From Candidatus Poribacteria bacterium (GTDB lineage: Bacteria > Poribacteria > WGA-4E > PCPOR2b), in assembly GCA_965215015.1 (NCBI GenBank), contig OZ244042.1:1536001-1600000 (forward strand): 64,000 bases of DNA, written 5' to 3'. Shown here one piece after another: positions 29,212 to 39,974 of this stretch. The notes under the pieces were generated by a model, which had not been told where the DNA came from, made no database searches, and was given only the letters and a program-made list of their open reading frames with translations. How positions within the stretch are numbered: position 1 is the first letter of the stretch; every line of letters begins with the position of its first letter. The position numbers and the translations under genes were made by a program.

Positions 29212-30392
29212 TTATCCTGTTCGGCTATCGCTTTTTGGATTGATTTCTGACGTGCTACATAGTCTGGATCACTGGGCTGTAAGTCAAGAGCTTTGGTAAT
29301 CGCTTCGGCGGCTTCCACGTATCTTTGCGCTTTATAAAGGGTGTAAGCAAGGGTATCCCAGTAGGAGGCGGTCGGTTTCAATTTAACCGCCTTCGTCGCA
29401 AGTATAATCGCCTCATCTATTTTCTTTCCACTCTCGGCATAGAGCCAAGCGAGTGCGTTACAAGCCGGTGCAAAATTGGGTCTAAGCGCGAGGGCAACCT
29501 CAAATGATTCAACTGCCTTCTCAATTTCATCCTGCTTGTGGTAAATACTGCCCAGTTGATAGTGACCTGCAGCGAAATTGGGTCGAATCTCAAGTGCTCG
29601 TTGAAGATACTGCACTGCGGTTTCCAAATCATTCTGCTGAAGGGCAATGGCACTGAGTCGGGCATAAGCGGGCGCAAAAGCGGCATCCATGTCGAGGGTC
29701 CGCTGAAATGCTGTTAAGGCTTCATCGATCTCTCCCTTCTTCAACGATCGCTCTGCGATATTGAATCGTTCCTTTGCTTTAATCTCCCGGAACTTTTCTA
29801 ATTGACGTTTTCCCTCGTCCTGCTTTCCCAGACGGAAATAGGTATTCGCGAGTTGATAGTAGGCACCTGCGTAATTTGGATAAAGGGCTATCGCCTTCTG
29901 ATAGAAGGGAATGGCTTCCTTAAACTTTCCCTGTTGGGTCAAGAGGTAACCGAGTTGAAAGTGTGGTAGGGAGAGCTCGGGATCTAATTTGAGGGCAAGT
30001 TGATATTGGGGCTTCGCTTTTTCAAAAGCACCTTTCCTAGCATGGATTAAGCCGATTTGGTAGTGCCCGAGTACTTTTAAGCCGTATTGCGCGGTCAATG
30101 AGTTGGGGTCAAGCTGTAACGCAATTGCGTAGGATTCAACTGCCTTGTCAATCCACCCCAATCTGCTGCAGGCAATCGCAAGTTGAACATGTACCTCAAC
30201 GTCTCGCGGGTGAATATTGAGTGCCTTCGAGAGATGTTCAACCGCTTTGAAAAATTCGCGTTGACTCGCGTACAGATTTGCCTTTTGGAGGTGTGCCTGA
30301 AATTCGGACTCTGAATAGAGGGGGAAACTGGACAAGTTCAGGAAAACAGGGACAAAGAAAAAGGAGATCCACCTGCTATGTAAGTTGACCAT
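29208..30392 (-). CDS. Tetratricopeptide repeat protein
   Basis: Repeated AYYQLG...KA..Y.KAL.L.P TPR units. Confidence 0.9.
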   Translation of the reverse strand: MVNLHSRWISFFFVPVFLNLSSFPLYSESEFQAHLQKANLYASQREFFKAVEHLSKALNIHPRDVEVHVQLAIACSRLGWIDKAVESYAIALQLDPNSLTAQYGLKVLGHYQIGLIHARKGAFEKAKPQYQLALKLDPELSLPHFQLGYLLTQQGKFKEAIPFYQKAIALYPNYAGAYYQLANTYFRLGKQDEGKRQLEKFREIKAKERFNIAERSLKKGEIDEALTAFQRTLDMDAAFAPAYARLSAIALQQNDLETAVQYLQRALEIRPNFAAGHYQLGSIYHKQDEIEKAVESFEVALALRPNFAPACNALAWLYAESGKKIDEAIILATKAVKLKPTASYWDTLAYTLYKAQRYVEAAEAITKALDLQPSDPDYVARQKSIQKAIAEQDK

Positions 30393-30577
30393 CTGACGTT
30401 ACCTCAGCACGATTACTTATTTCTTGTAGACAATTGCGTGATTTTTTGGTAAACTTGTATAAGAGTTTTCAGATTCTATTGCGAGGATTCCGCGACAAGA
30501 ATCGCAAAAGTTATCGGTTGCTCAACGAGGAGGGTACAAAACTCTCCTATACCAGACTTTAGAAGGAGAAATTCAAT

Positions 30578-31459
30578 ATGAAATTGTCTAACAGAACTAT
30601 CCTCACCCTCACGCTTATCATGGTGCTGACATACTCCATAGCGTTTGCCGTGAGTCCGGTGAAAGACCCCGTACTTTACTTTAACCCCGTAGAAACTCGC
30701 CAAGATAAGGGGGACAACGCTTGGAAGAATGCCGGTAGTGTTGGCGGTGAAGTTAGAAAGGGCGATGGCAAACCAACCCTTGAAGTGGGCCCCATTGAAA
30801 TTCCATCGATCGGTCTTAAAGCGGACAATGCTGCGTGGTATACCGCAACTCGGGCTAAGACAGTTTTCGCCAACGAAGCGGAGGACCGCAACGCACCTGT
30901 TGTTAATCTCGAAAGCTTCACTATTGGACTCCTTATGCGGGTGAATGGTCCATATTTCGCAGAGGAGAACATCATTATAGGCATACAAACCGAGGGGAAA
31001 GTACCCCCTAATGCACATGAGCAGGTTGTTCGGATATGGTTAGATGTCGCCGGTAAAGGCATCGTCCAAAACGTAAGTATCGCCCAGAACGTTATACAAG
31101 CCCGTCATGACTTCTCGAACAGGCGAAACAAGCTGAAACTTGGAGAGAACGAATGGCACTGGATTCACATTGTCTTTGAAAGTGGCACGAGTGTGACCAC
31201 CTACCTCGATGGTAAAGAGGCCGCCTCCCACGCCACAGAAGTAAAGTGGGATCCAGCGCACGATCTGAAGCTTCACGGCATATTTACCTCTAATTTTGAT
31301 GTGCAGCAGCGAACCTGTAACTGCTCAATCGCTATTTATCGTGTCTATGACCGGCCGCTCAGTCCGGACGAAATTAGCAAAAATGTGAGAAACTCCTTGG
31401 CGGTTGACCCGGCTGGCAAGCTCGCCGTCACCTGGGCTAAGATGAAGCGTGGATTTTAG
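30578..31459 (+). CDS. Secreted LamG/ConA-like protein with C-terminal TW motif, paralog 1
   Basis: Signal peptide AFA; FTIGL, WHWIHIV and RVYDRPLSPDEI motifs; ends LAVDPAGKLAVTWAKMK. Confidence 0.75.
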   Translation: MKLSNRTILTLTLIMVLTYSIAFAVSPVKDPVLYFNPVETRQDKGDNAWKNAGSVGGEVRKGDGKPTLEVGPIEIPSIGLKADNAAWYTATRAKTVFANEAEDRNAPVVNLESFTIGLLMRVNGPYFAEENIIIGIQTEGKVPPNAHEQVVRIWLDVAGKGIVQNVSIAQNVIQARHDFSNRRNKLKLGENEWHWIHIVFESGTSVTTYLDGKEAASHATEVKWDPAHDLKLHGIFTSNFDVQQRTCNCSIAIYRVYDRPLSPDEISKNVRNSLAVDPAGKLAVTWAKMKRGF

Positions 31460-31586
31460 TTTGGAGATTTTTTCGATAGGTTCTCCCCAGACTTTTCGCT
31501 AATTTCTCAATGCCTGTCTAATTAAGCCATTAACTTACGGACAGGGGATATTAACCTCCCACAGTATCCATCAGGAGGAGATTAAA

Positions 31587-32489
31587 ATGAAAACGGCTAA
31601 CAGTACTATTCTGAGTGTGGCACTGATTATGGCCCTTATCTCGCCCATGGCGTTTGCCGTGAGTCCAGTTAGGGACCCCGTGCTCTACTTTAACCCCATG
31701 GCAACGCGCCAGCAGAAAGGCGACAATGCGTGGCGAAACGCTGGCACGGCCGGCGGACAGCTAGAACGAGGGAACGGCAAGCCGAACCTTGAACACGGCA
31801 CTATTGAAATTCCCTCAATTGGTGTCAAGTCGGACAATGCTGCATGGTACACCGCAACTCAGTCCAAGGAAGTTTTTGCCAACGAAGAGGAAGACAAAGA
31901 CGCGCCCATCGTCCATCTTCAGGATTTTACCATCGGGCTCCTTATGCGAATAAATGGGCCCCTTTTCTTAGAAGAGCATCAAGTTTTTGGACTTCAGACC
32001 CAGCCGTGGGCTCCTATTAAAGATGGTTGGAATGCCGGAGCACCGAGAGATCAGATCGTTCGGGTATGGCTAGATGCCAACGGCAGTGGGATATTCCAAA
32101 ATATAAGTATCGCCCAGAACGTTGTGCAACATCGCCAAGACTTAGCGAAGCGGAAAAACAAGCTGAACATCGGGCAGAAGGAATGGCACTGGGTGCATAT
32201 TGTCTTTGCAAGTGGAAAGAGCATAACAATCTACCGAGACGGTGTTGAGGTTTCCAACAATCCAACCGAAGTGACGTGGGATCCAGCACACCAAATGCTA
32301 CAGCACGGTATATTTACTTCCGCTCACGTTGAACAGCAGCGAACCTGCAACTGTTCCATCGCTATCTACCGAGTCTACGACCGGATACTCAGCCCAGACG
32401 AAATTAACAAAAATGTGAGAAACTCCTTGGCGGTTGACCCGGCTGGCAAGCTCGCCGTCACTTGGGGCGAGATGAAGCATGGTTTTTAG
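31587..32489 (+). CDS. Secreted LamG/ConA-like protein with C-terminal TWG motif, paralog 2
   Basis: Co-linear paralog of 30578-31459; ends LAVDPAGKLAVTWGEMK. Confidence 0.75.
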   Translation: MKTANSTILSVALIMALISPMAFAVSPVRDPVLYFNPMATRQQKGDNAWRNAGTAGGQLERGNGKPNLEHGTIEIPSIGVKSDNAAWYTATQSKEVFANEEEDKDAPIVHLQDFTIGLLMRINGPLFLEEHQVFGLQTQPWAPIKDGWNAGAPRDQIVRVWLDANGSGIFQNISIAQNVVQHRQDLAKRKNKLNIGQKEWHWVHIVFASGKSITIYRDGVEVSNNPTEVTWDPAHQMLQHGIFTSAHVEQQRTCNCSIAIYRVYDRILSPDEINKNVRNSLAVDPAGKLAVTWGEMKHGF

Positions 32490-32595
32490 TTGGCTCATTG
32501 GCTGTAAGTGTTGGGTTTCACTGATACTGCGATTGGGATTCAGAGCAACTTGTCTGTAAAAAACTCGGTTTCTGATGCTTCGAGCTAAGCAGCTG

Positions 32596-32623
32596 GTAGG
32601 GAGCGTAGATCTGCGTTCCCTAC
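32596..32623. repeat. GTAG-headed REP-like palindrome
   Basis: GTAGGGAGCGTAGATCTGCGTTCCCTAC. Confidence 0.7.
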
Positions 32624-32752
32624 GCCTGCCAAACGTCCCCTTTTTTATCAAGGTGGCAACCCGGGGGACTATACCTCCGTCGCCCCGTTGGGGCTGTGTA
32701 GGTAGTGCTAGGAAGCTCGATCCACAGGAATAGTGGCAGCTCTTGAGATATG

Positions 32753-33739
32753 CTATACACTCCCTTTGGGACGTCCGACGAATGATTCTGAAACAGCGTC
32801 CAGCTGTTCCCGGATGGAATCATCAAGTGTCCAACCGACGGCACCACTATTATCGTTCAGGTGTTCGATTGTGTCAGCACCGCTGATGGCGACTGTGATT
32901 TCGGGATGCGAAAGCACCCAAGCCAAAGCCAATTGTGCAGGCGTTTTTCCCAATTCATCAGCGAGTTGTCTAACGGTAGTTATAACCCGCGCGGAGCCTT
33001 CTTCCATCATGCGTGGAAACTCAGCTCGGTTACGTGTCGCAAAAAGAGTTCCCGACGGCGGTGGACGATCTGGTGAATAGACTCCGCTAAACAGACCGAC
33101 CGCCAACGGACTAAACGCCATCGCACCCAAGCCCATATCCCTCACCAAATTAAACATTTCACCTTCCATTTGACGATTCAGGAGGTTGTATAGATTCTGG
33201 ACGCACATGTACGGCGTTACGTTGTGCTTGTCCGCAATCCAGAGCGATTTGCAAACCTGCCACGCCGCATAGTTGCAACACCCAACGTAAAGTGCCTTAC
33301 CCGCACGAACTATATCGTCCAACGTCCGTATTGTCTCCTCAAGCGGCGTCAATTCATCGAAGCGATGGACCAAATAGATATCAACATGGTCTGTGTCTAA
33401 CCGTTTGAGCGATCGGTCTACTTCACGCATGATGTGATACCTCGATAAGCCTTCATCATTTGGACCTGATCCGGTGGGCGCAGCGACCTTCGTGGTAATC
33501 ACAACATTATCCCGCTTTCCCTTCAATGCCCTGCCTAAAATCACCTCTGAACGTCCCTGATTGGCTCGATCATCCATGGGCCCGTACCAATTGGCACAAT
33601 CAATGAGGTTAATTCCAAGTTCAAAAGCGTGCTCAATCACCCTCTGGGCTTCTGCCTCGTCGGGCTGTCCCCTGAAACCCAAGCCGAAAGCCAGCTTGCT
33701 TACTTGAACACCGGCAGTTCCAAAGTTCACATATTCCAC
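32753..33739 (-). CDS. Aldo/keto reductase
   Basis: GINLIDCANWY, SLKRLDTDHVDIYLVH, FSPLAVG and TPAQLALAWVL motifs. Confidence 0.9.
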   Translation of the reverse strand: MEYVNFGTAGVQVSKLAFGLGFRGQPDEAEAQRVIEHAFELGINLIDCANWYGPMDDRANQGRSEVILGRALKGKRDNVVITTKVAAPTGSGPNDEGLSRYHIMREVDRSLKRLDTDHVDIYLVHRFDELTPLEETIRTLDDIVRAGKALYVGCCNYAAWQVCKSLWIADKHNVTPYMCVQNLYNLLNRQMEGEMFNLVRDMGLGAMAFSPLAVGLFSGVYSPDRPPPSGTLFATRNRAEFPRMMEEGSARVITTVRQLADELGKTPAQLALAWVLSHPEITVAISGADTIEHLNDNSGAVGWTLDDSIREQLDAVSESFVGRPKGSV

Positions 33740-33779
33740 AATTCTGTCTCCCTTTGTTGAAATTTTTGCAATCTATATT

Positions 33780-35717
33780 TCAATACCACGTCCCCCCGTT
33801 CAAATAGATCATATATGTCTGCTGCTGTGTCAGGACGCCGTAAATCATCCAAAGCCCCCCGGTGATAAAATCTCCCAAAATCAGACCGAAAAAGAAGGGG
33901 ATGGAGCGTTGATACCCTCTGACCTGACCGACCCGCAAAATAATGGCTTTTACCGTCCAACTGATGAGAAAGGTAAACCAGAAGTAATCGATGGCAAAGC
34001 TAACGGCAAGTGGGTAACCGGCAGGATGAAGGGGCCACCAAAAGAAGCGAGTTCGTAAAACATGAAGAACTACAACAATCGCCATACCAACGCCCATGAA
34101 CGTGGTACGCGGTACGTCGGTCGGCATTGGGTGAAATAGCCAATTTTCTAATCGGGTCCAAGCCGTATTGGCAACCCAAGTCTTAAAGAATGACACCCGC
34201 GCTGCCGCACCGTCTCGGTACATCATGTCTAGGTTTGTCCACATCCCAACGATGAGTGCCACAGCTGCCCCAATCATCATCGCAATTATCAGTCGACGTC
34301 CATTGATGCGAGCAACTTCAGCCATCTTGAGCGGTTCAAACTGATTTGGCATCGCGTGCGAGCGGTAACTCCGATTGAACCACTGATAGAAACTCATTAC
34401 GGTTAAACTGCCCCCACCCCAAGTCAGCGTTCCGAAAGCGGTTACCATCATGTCAGCAGGATGGTTGAAGATACCATGGGGTGCCCCAAACTCCGCTCGT
34501 AAACGGGTGACAGCGATAGCGATAGCGAAATAAAGCCCAAAGAAGACTGGAATGGCTATCACCGACATGCCCGCCTGATGGGAAAAGATAACCAGGAATA
34601 AAAATCCGCCAACCAGTCCGAGCAATGCTGTTCGATAGCGCATCGGTTCATCGGCATCGGCAGATGATTTTTCAGAAAACGCTGTCCGAAAAGCAAAAAT
34701 CAGATGCCTACGTGTTACCCAAATAGCAATGAGGCACATGCAGATCCATGCGCCGGCGGATTGTTCGTAAAAGTATGGGAAACCGGGGAGCGTGTCCAAT
34801 CCAAGGTAGCTACTCAACACACGGCTGAATTGGCGTATTAAAAAAAAGAACCAGCAGGTAAAGGAGAGGTCTAGCGGCAGAAAAAAACCGAGGCCAATCA
34901 TGAACGGATAGAAGGATATCATCGTATTTGACATCGCGTCCCACGGCTTTTCGGTGAGCTGTCTGCCAATAAAGTGTAGTTTGAGATGAAGGTATGGCAC
35001 AGACGGGAAAAGGACGTGTAACCCGTTCATGAGGTCTAAGACGAAAGGGATAGAGAATCCAACCCATAGCAAGCCATTCCGCAAAAAATTCGACGACTGT
35101 GCCATCGCTACCGGGAGCTGGATAATTGGAAATGCGAGCCGTTCCGTGTGCACCCACTGGCGACGAACGAGAGTATTGATACAGTGGAGCATGAATAGCA
35201 AGACCAGCGTGAACACCGTCCAGACTGTCATCGGACGCAGCCATGCTTTGAAGTGTTTCGGCTCATAAAAGGAGGAATCCCCTTCGTAGTATCCGGTCAA
35301 TACGGGATCAGGTGTGCTGACTGTGAACCAGGGCGGGATGTAATGGAAAAAGAGTTCCTTCCACTCATTCTCTTGGGTCGCGAATTGGTAGGGGTGGAGG
35401 CTGAGGGCAAATAGATCCTGCAACATCCCATACGACGCGATGGAGGTTGAAATCACAATCATCGAGTAGATGGTGAGGAGTTCTCCGGTGGAGAATTGAA
35501 TCCGTGGCCACAGTCGCAATATACCGTTGTTGAACACGACCAGCCAAAATAAGATAAAGATCGGATAGATGAATATCGGCAGTGCAGTCGCTTCCGCTCG
35601 GTACTTCATCTCCGTAATTGTCACCCAATAGACATTGAAGGCGACAAGTGCCAATCCGATCAGGATGGCACGTCCTGTGGCCCCTTTAGACCGCTGCTGC
35701 GTTTTAATTTCTTCCAA
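33780..35717 (-). CDS. Polytopic membrane protein (DUF6785/OPT-like putative transporter)
   Basis: More than 15 hydrophobic segments; RRQW...ERLAFPI and WWPLHPAGY motifs. Confidence 0.7.
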   Translation of the reverse strand: MEEIKTQQRSKGATGRAILIGLALVAFNVYWVTITEMKYRAEATALPIFIYPIFILFWLVVFNNGILRLWPRIQFSTGELLTIYSMIVISTSIASYGMLQDLFALSLHPYQFATQENEWKELFFHYIPPWFTVSTPDPVLTGYYEGDSSFYEPKHFKAWLRPMTVWTVFTLVLLFMLHCINTLVRRQWVHTERLAFPIIQLPVAMAQSSNFLRNGLLWVGFSIPFVLDLMNGLHVLFPSVPYLHLKLHFIGRQLTEKPWDAMSNTMISFYPFMIGLGFFLPLDLSFTCWFFFLIRQFSRVLSSYLGLDTLPGFPYFYEQSAGAWICMCLIAIWVTRRHLIFAFRTAFSEKSSADADEPMRYRTALLGLVGGFLFLVIFSHQAGMSVIAIPVFFGLYFAIAIAVTRLRAEFGAPHGIFNHPADMMVTAFGTLTWGGGSLTVMSFYQWFNRSYRSHAMPNQFEPLKMAEVARINGRRLIIAMMIGAAVALIVGMWTNLDMMYRDGAAARVSFFKTWVANTAWTRLENWLFHPMPTDVPRTTFMGVGMAIVVVLHVLRTRFFWWPLHPAGYPLAVSFAIDYFWFTFLISWTVKAIILRVGQVRGYQRSIPFFFGLILGDFITGGLWMIYGVLTQQQTYMIYLNGGTWY

Positions 35718-35768
35718 TCACAATCTCCATCTTCACGAATAACACGAATGCACTGATTTCAAATGTCC

Positions 35769-36746
35769 TCATGCACTCAAGGCTCTTCCTTCCCTGGCTG
35801 ATTGATAGATTTTCTCCAACAGTGCAACGGTTCGACGCCCTTCCCTGCCATCAACTCTCAGGTCTCCACCTTCCTCAACAGCCTGAACAAAATCTTCGAT
35901 GATACTGTGAATAGGATTCTCAATTTGCTGGAGACGTTCCTCTAACCCTTGACCAAAAACACGTATCGCTCCACCAAGCACGTCGTCAATCAGAATTCCA
36001 CCTTCAGTTCCATGCACTTCCGCGCTGAAATAGACGCTGGTTGGAAAGGTTGTTGTCCCAACAATCACCCCCTTGGCACCACTCTTGAAATTCACGATTG
36101 CAAGCCCGATGTCCTCGGTTTCAATGCGGTGATTCATAATTGCAATCTCACCGTAGACCGATTCAAAATCGCCCATGAACCAAGAAACGAGATCGAGTAA
36201 ATGTGCTCCCTGATTCGCCAGAGAGCCGCCGCCATCCATCGCCCACGTCCCACGCCAACCTCCATTGCGCTCAAAATACTCGTCGGCTCTGAACCACTTG
36301 AAGCGAACTTCGCCTAGAATTGGCATACCTAGCCATCCACGTCGAAGAGCTTCCGCGACACGGTAATTGGTGTCTACATAGCGGCTCTGATAATCAACAG
36401 CTAGCTTGACACCTGCTTCGTCGCAGGCAGCGATGAGGCGATCACAGGCTTCGGTCGAAACGTCCATCGGCTTGGTAGTAATTACATGCTTCCCCGTCTG
36501 TGCCACGCGGATGCCGAGTGCTGCGTGGGTTCCACTTGGCGTCATCACCATCACGCAGTCGATATCGTTCCGCCCCAAGATATCATCCAAATTCGGTGCC
36601 CACTCCGTGTCAAGCTCTTCAGCAATCCGCTTGGCAAGGGTTTCATTCAAATCGACAACACATTTCAGTTCAGCACCTTCGGTGTTTTTAATCATCCGAG
36701 CGCGGCCGCTACCTACGCCTAAACCCACAACTGCGAAATTGACCAT
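35769..36746 (-). CDS. Gfo/Idh/MocA family oxidoreductase
   Basis: AVVGLG, KHVITTKPM and WRGTWAMDGGGSLANQGAHLLD motifs. Confidence 0.9.
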   Translation of the reverse strand: MVNFAVVGLGVGSGRARMIKNTEGAELKCVVDLNETLAKRIAEELDTEWAPNLDDILGRNDIDCVMVMTPSGTHAALGIRVAQTGKHVITTKPMDVSTEACDRLIAACDEAGVKLAVDYQSRYVDTNYRVAEALRRGWLGMPILGEVRFKWFRADEYFERNGGWRGTWAMDGGGSLANQGAHLLDLVSWFMGDFESVYGEIAIMNHRIETEDIGLAIVNFKSGAKGVIVGTTTFPTSVYFSAEVHGTEGGILIDDVLGGAIRVFGQGLEERLQQIENPIHSIIEDFVQAVEEGGDLRVDGREGRRTVALLEKIYQSAREGRALSA

Positions 36747-36788
36747 ATTGTAATCCTTTTGCGTAACAAGTCGTGCGTCAATACCTTG

Positions 36789-37197
36789 TAGGAGTTACGC
36801 ACTTGAGTTTGTCGTAACCCCATTCAACCCGCATCACGATAGACCATAAATCGCCCGACAGAGTAGTAGGCATTACCCCCCCCTTTCCGCTTGCAGGGCA
36901 CCCCCCTCGCATCCCCCTGCAAGCGTAGGGACGAAGGAGGGGGCACGCGGAGCGTGCTTGCTACTTTGGGATTCACTGTAGCTTCCCGATTCATCGGGCG
37001 TTGCGAGGCATCTTCACCCAATCTATAAGGGTGGTGCAGAGCCTACCCTCGACGAAATCGGGGTTGCCTGAACTGCCAAATGCATCCACATAGGTCTTCT
37101 GTCTGTCAATTTTCCAAAATCGAGACTGTGGACATTTGGGTGTCGAGATATGAATCCCGACCTACAAGGCTTCGATGGGTCAACTGCGTAAGTCCTA
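36789..37197. mobile_element. Family C composite element (TAGGAGTTACGCA...TGCGTAAGTCCTA ends)
   Basis: Inverted ends; interior REP-like hairpins shared with 50639-50952, plus a family B piece. Confidence 0.7.
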
Positions 37198-37416
37198 ACC
37201 TTGATTCGTTGCAAAACCTACAACCCCCATCATCTGATGGAGACTAGCGGCCCCCCTCTGCAAGCCAGATGATTAGGACTGTGATCTTCTCTGCTATTTA
37301 CGCCATAAATGCAAAGTTAAAGTACACAACGATGAGAAGACATATTCTCATAATATATGAAAAGTGTATTGTAGCACCTTCTTCCATCGTTGACAAGTGG
37401 AAAAAATAATCTTATA

Positions 37417-37462
37417 ATAACGCAAGTTGCTAGATTTGGAAGTAATCTAGCAAATGGGTTGA
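37417..37462. repeat. Collapsed family D element (palindrome)
   Basis: ATAACGCAAGTTGCTAGATT-TGGAAGT-AATCTAGCAAATGGGTTG; same end sequence as 51985-52450. Confidence 0.5.
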
Positions 37463-37684
37463 TGACAACCTTGGGATTATTGCAAGTTTCTTGTGTAATC
37501 CAAATGACACTCGGTTAAAAATAACCAACGATAGACGTGATTTTGCTACAAGCCTCTAAAGTGGGATAGACAGTTTTTCATTGAAAGAAACTCGTAAGCT
37601 GTGCTATAATCATTCTAGCTTTGCACACCAAACCTTAATCATATTGCACTATTTTCTTTCATAAAACTATTTTGACTATCTGAA

Positions 37685-38638
37685 ATGAGAGTGAGACACA
37701 AATTGAAGAAAAATCAATCAAAGTCACCGAAAAAAGACACGGAAATCGCCAAAGCACCAACTGATTCGCTTGTTGTGGCATCCAACCCAAAACAACCACT
37801 TCCTGCTCTAGCAAATATAGCTAAACCCGAAGGAGGCTTGTTCGGGAAATGGAAGCGTAGGGGGAATCCCAAAGCAGAACAGATTAGACAGATTGCCCTT
37901 AACAATATCAGTGCTTTGCCAGAAAATGAGGCGCGGATGTTGTCTGGGGTTTTTTCTCTTTCGAGGACAGTTGTACGAGAAATTATGGTTCCCTTGTCGG
38001 AAATCGTAGCAGTTCATATTGCTACACCGATTGAGCAGGCGAAGGCAATGGTGCAGCGTTCCAGCTATCAATATATTCCGGTCTATGAAGAGCGGATAGA
38101 TCGGTTGACAGGCATTGTGAGCATCATGGATTTTTTGTACGCCTCGCCCGAAACGAGCGAACTCAATTCTTTCGTAAGGACTGCATACTACGTTCCAGAA
38201 ACAAAGCTGATAGGTGATTTACTTGAAGAGTTGCGGCTCGCCACAGAGCCCGTAACAATCGTTATCAATGAACATGGGAGCTGTGTTGGATTTGTAGGGT
38301 TGGAAGATCTTCTTGAGCAAATTGTGGGTGAGATCCATCATTCCCGTAAGCGGCAGCCCCTACACGTTGAAGCACTTGGGAACAATTCATGGACATTTGA
38401 TGCACGGACGCCGATTGATATCGTCAACGCAACGTTAGAAACGAATATCCCCAAAGACGACTACGATACGATTGGGGGGTTTATGCTAAAAACCATTGGG
38501 CGGCTACCGGAACAGGGCGAAAAAGTGGCTTATGATGCCATCGAATATATTGTTGATGAAGTTTTTGACTACGGTATTACTGTTATCCACGCCAATCGGA
38601 AGGTGTCGTCGGTTCTCGACGAAAAACGCAGGGACTAG
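37685..38638 (+). CDS. CorC/HlyC-family CBS-pair protein without the N-terminal transmembrane domain
   Basis: VREIMVP, IPVYEE, YYVPETK, LEDLLEQIVGEI and YDTIGGF...GRLP motifs. Confidence 0.85.
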   Translation: MRVRHKLKKNQSKSPKKDTEIAKAPTDSLVVASNPKQPLPALANIAKPEGGLFGKWKRRGNPKAEQIRQIALNNISALPENEARMLSGVFSLSRTVVREIMVPLSEIVAVHIATPIEQAKAMVQRSSYQYIPVYEERIDRLTGIVSIMDFLYASPETSELNSFVRTAYYVPETKLIGDLLEELRLATEPVTIVINEHGSCVGFVGLEDLLEQIVGEIHHSRKRQPLHVEALGNNSWTFDARTPIDIVNATLETNIPKDDYDTIGGFMLKTIGRLPEQGEKVAYDAIEYIVDEVFDYGITVIHANRKVSSVLDEKRRD

Positions 38639-38807
38639 GCGGTTGGCACTGGTAAATTAGCGAGCTCGTGGGGACGAAGTTATTCGTTCCGTTTTGGTGC
38701 CATTGAAATCGTCACGACACCTCCACCTCCGTTTCATACCTCACATATGACGCAGTCCTCAGGACGCACCATATATTGATTAACAGAACACTCCTCTCCG
38801 ACAACAC

Positions 38808-39974
38808 ATGCCCAAAGAGCACTGGCTGGAATCCGAATTAGACCAGCTCAATCAAGCCGGGCTCCGGCGATCATTACGTTCCGTCACCACAGCACCAACA
38901 GGGCGCATCTTACTTGATGGACGGGCGGTCATTCTACTTGGATCGAACAACTATCTCGGTTTGAGTGTCCATCCAATGGTGACTGAAGCTGCAGCAACAG
39001 CAGCGCGGGAATACGGGACGGGCGCAAGTGCTTCCCGTCTCATGTCAGGCAATTGCAATCTTTACGCTGAGCTTGAAACAAAGATTGCTAAAGCGAAGGG
39101 AACGGACGCCGCCCTCGTTTTCGGTTCAGGGTATTTGGCGAATATTGGCACAATCCCTGTGCTGGCAGGTGATGACGATCTCATTCTTAGTGATGCCCTC
39201 AATCACGCAAGCATTATTGATGGCTGCCGCCTCAGTCATGCGACAAAACAGATTTATCGGCATTGCGATGTCGAGCATCTAGAGTCACTACTAGCTCAAT
39301 CGACGAAATTCAGACGCAGGCTCATTGTGACCGATGGGGTGTTCAGCATGGATGGTGATATTGCACCACTTCCTGAAATCTGTGCACTGGCAGAGCAACA
39401 CGATGCAATGGTGATGGTTGATGACGCACACAGCTTTGGGGTGTTAGGAGAAAGAGGTGGGGGGACACTTGAACATTTCGGATTGGAGAATCGTGGAGTG
39501 ATTCAGATGGGAACGTTGAGCAAAGCAGTTGGCGGCCTAGGCGGATATGTCGCTGGTAGTGCTGTCTTGATCGATTTCCTAATAAACCGAGCGCGGAGTC
39601 TCATCTTTACAACAGGACTTCCACCCGCAACGTTAGCTGGTGCTGCGGCAGCAATTGATGTAATCCGTTCTACCCCTGAATTATGCCAACGGCTATCATC
39701 GAATGTTCTTCTGCTCAAACACGCTTTGTTGGAAAGTGGATTCCAGCTCCTACCGAGTGAAACCCAAATTCTTCCGCTGCTCCTCGGCTCTGCAGAGGTC
39801 GCATCACGTTTCGCTGAAGTTCTGCTTTCGCACGGTGTATACGCACCTGCTATCCGGCCGCCCACGGTGCCGGAGGGGACGAGTCGGTTACGGATTTCTG
39901 TGATAGCATCTCACACGACTGAAGACTTAGAGACAGCACTTGAGGGGTTTGTGGCAGCGCGAGCTGCCATGTAG
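38808..39974 (+). CDS. bioF: 8-amino-7-oxononanoate synthase
   Basis: SNNYLGL, SGYLAN, SDALNHASIIDG, DDAH, GTLSKA and AIRPPTVPEGTSRLR motifs. Confidence 0.9.
   Translation: MPKEHWLESELDQLNQAGLRRSLRSVTTAPTGRILLDGRAVILLGSNNYLGLSVHPMVTEAAATAAREYGTGASASRLMSGNCNLYAELETKIAKAKGTDAALVFGSGYLANIGTIPVLAGDDDLILSDALNHASIIDGCRLSHATKQIYRHCDVEHLESLLAQSTKFRRRLIVTDGVFSMDGDIAPLPEICALAEQHDAMVMVDDAHSFGVLGERGGGTLEHFGLENRGVIQMGTLSKAVGGLGGYVAGSAVLIDFLINRARSLIFTTGLPPATLAGAAAAIDVIRSTPELCQRLSSNVLLLKHALLESGFQLLPSETQILPLLLGSAEVASRFAEVLLSHGVYAPAIRPPTVPEGTSRLRISVIASHTTEDLETALEGFVAARAAM

Noticed and set aside
38765-38782. NrdR-box-like GCACCATATATTGA upstream of bioF
   Set aside because: Single imperfect match in an implausible gene context
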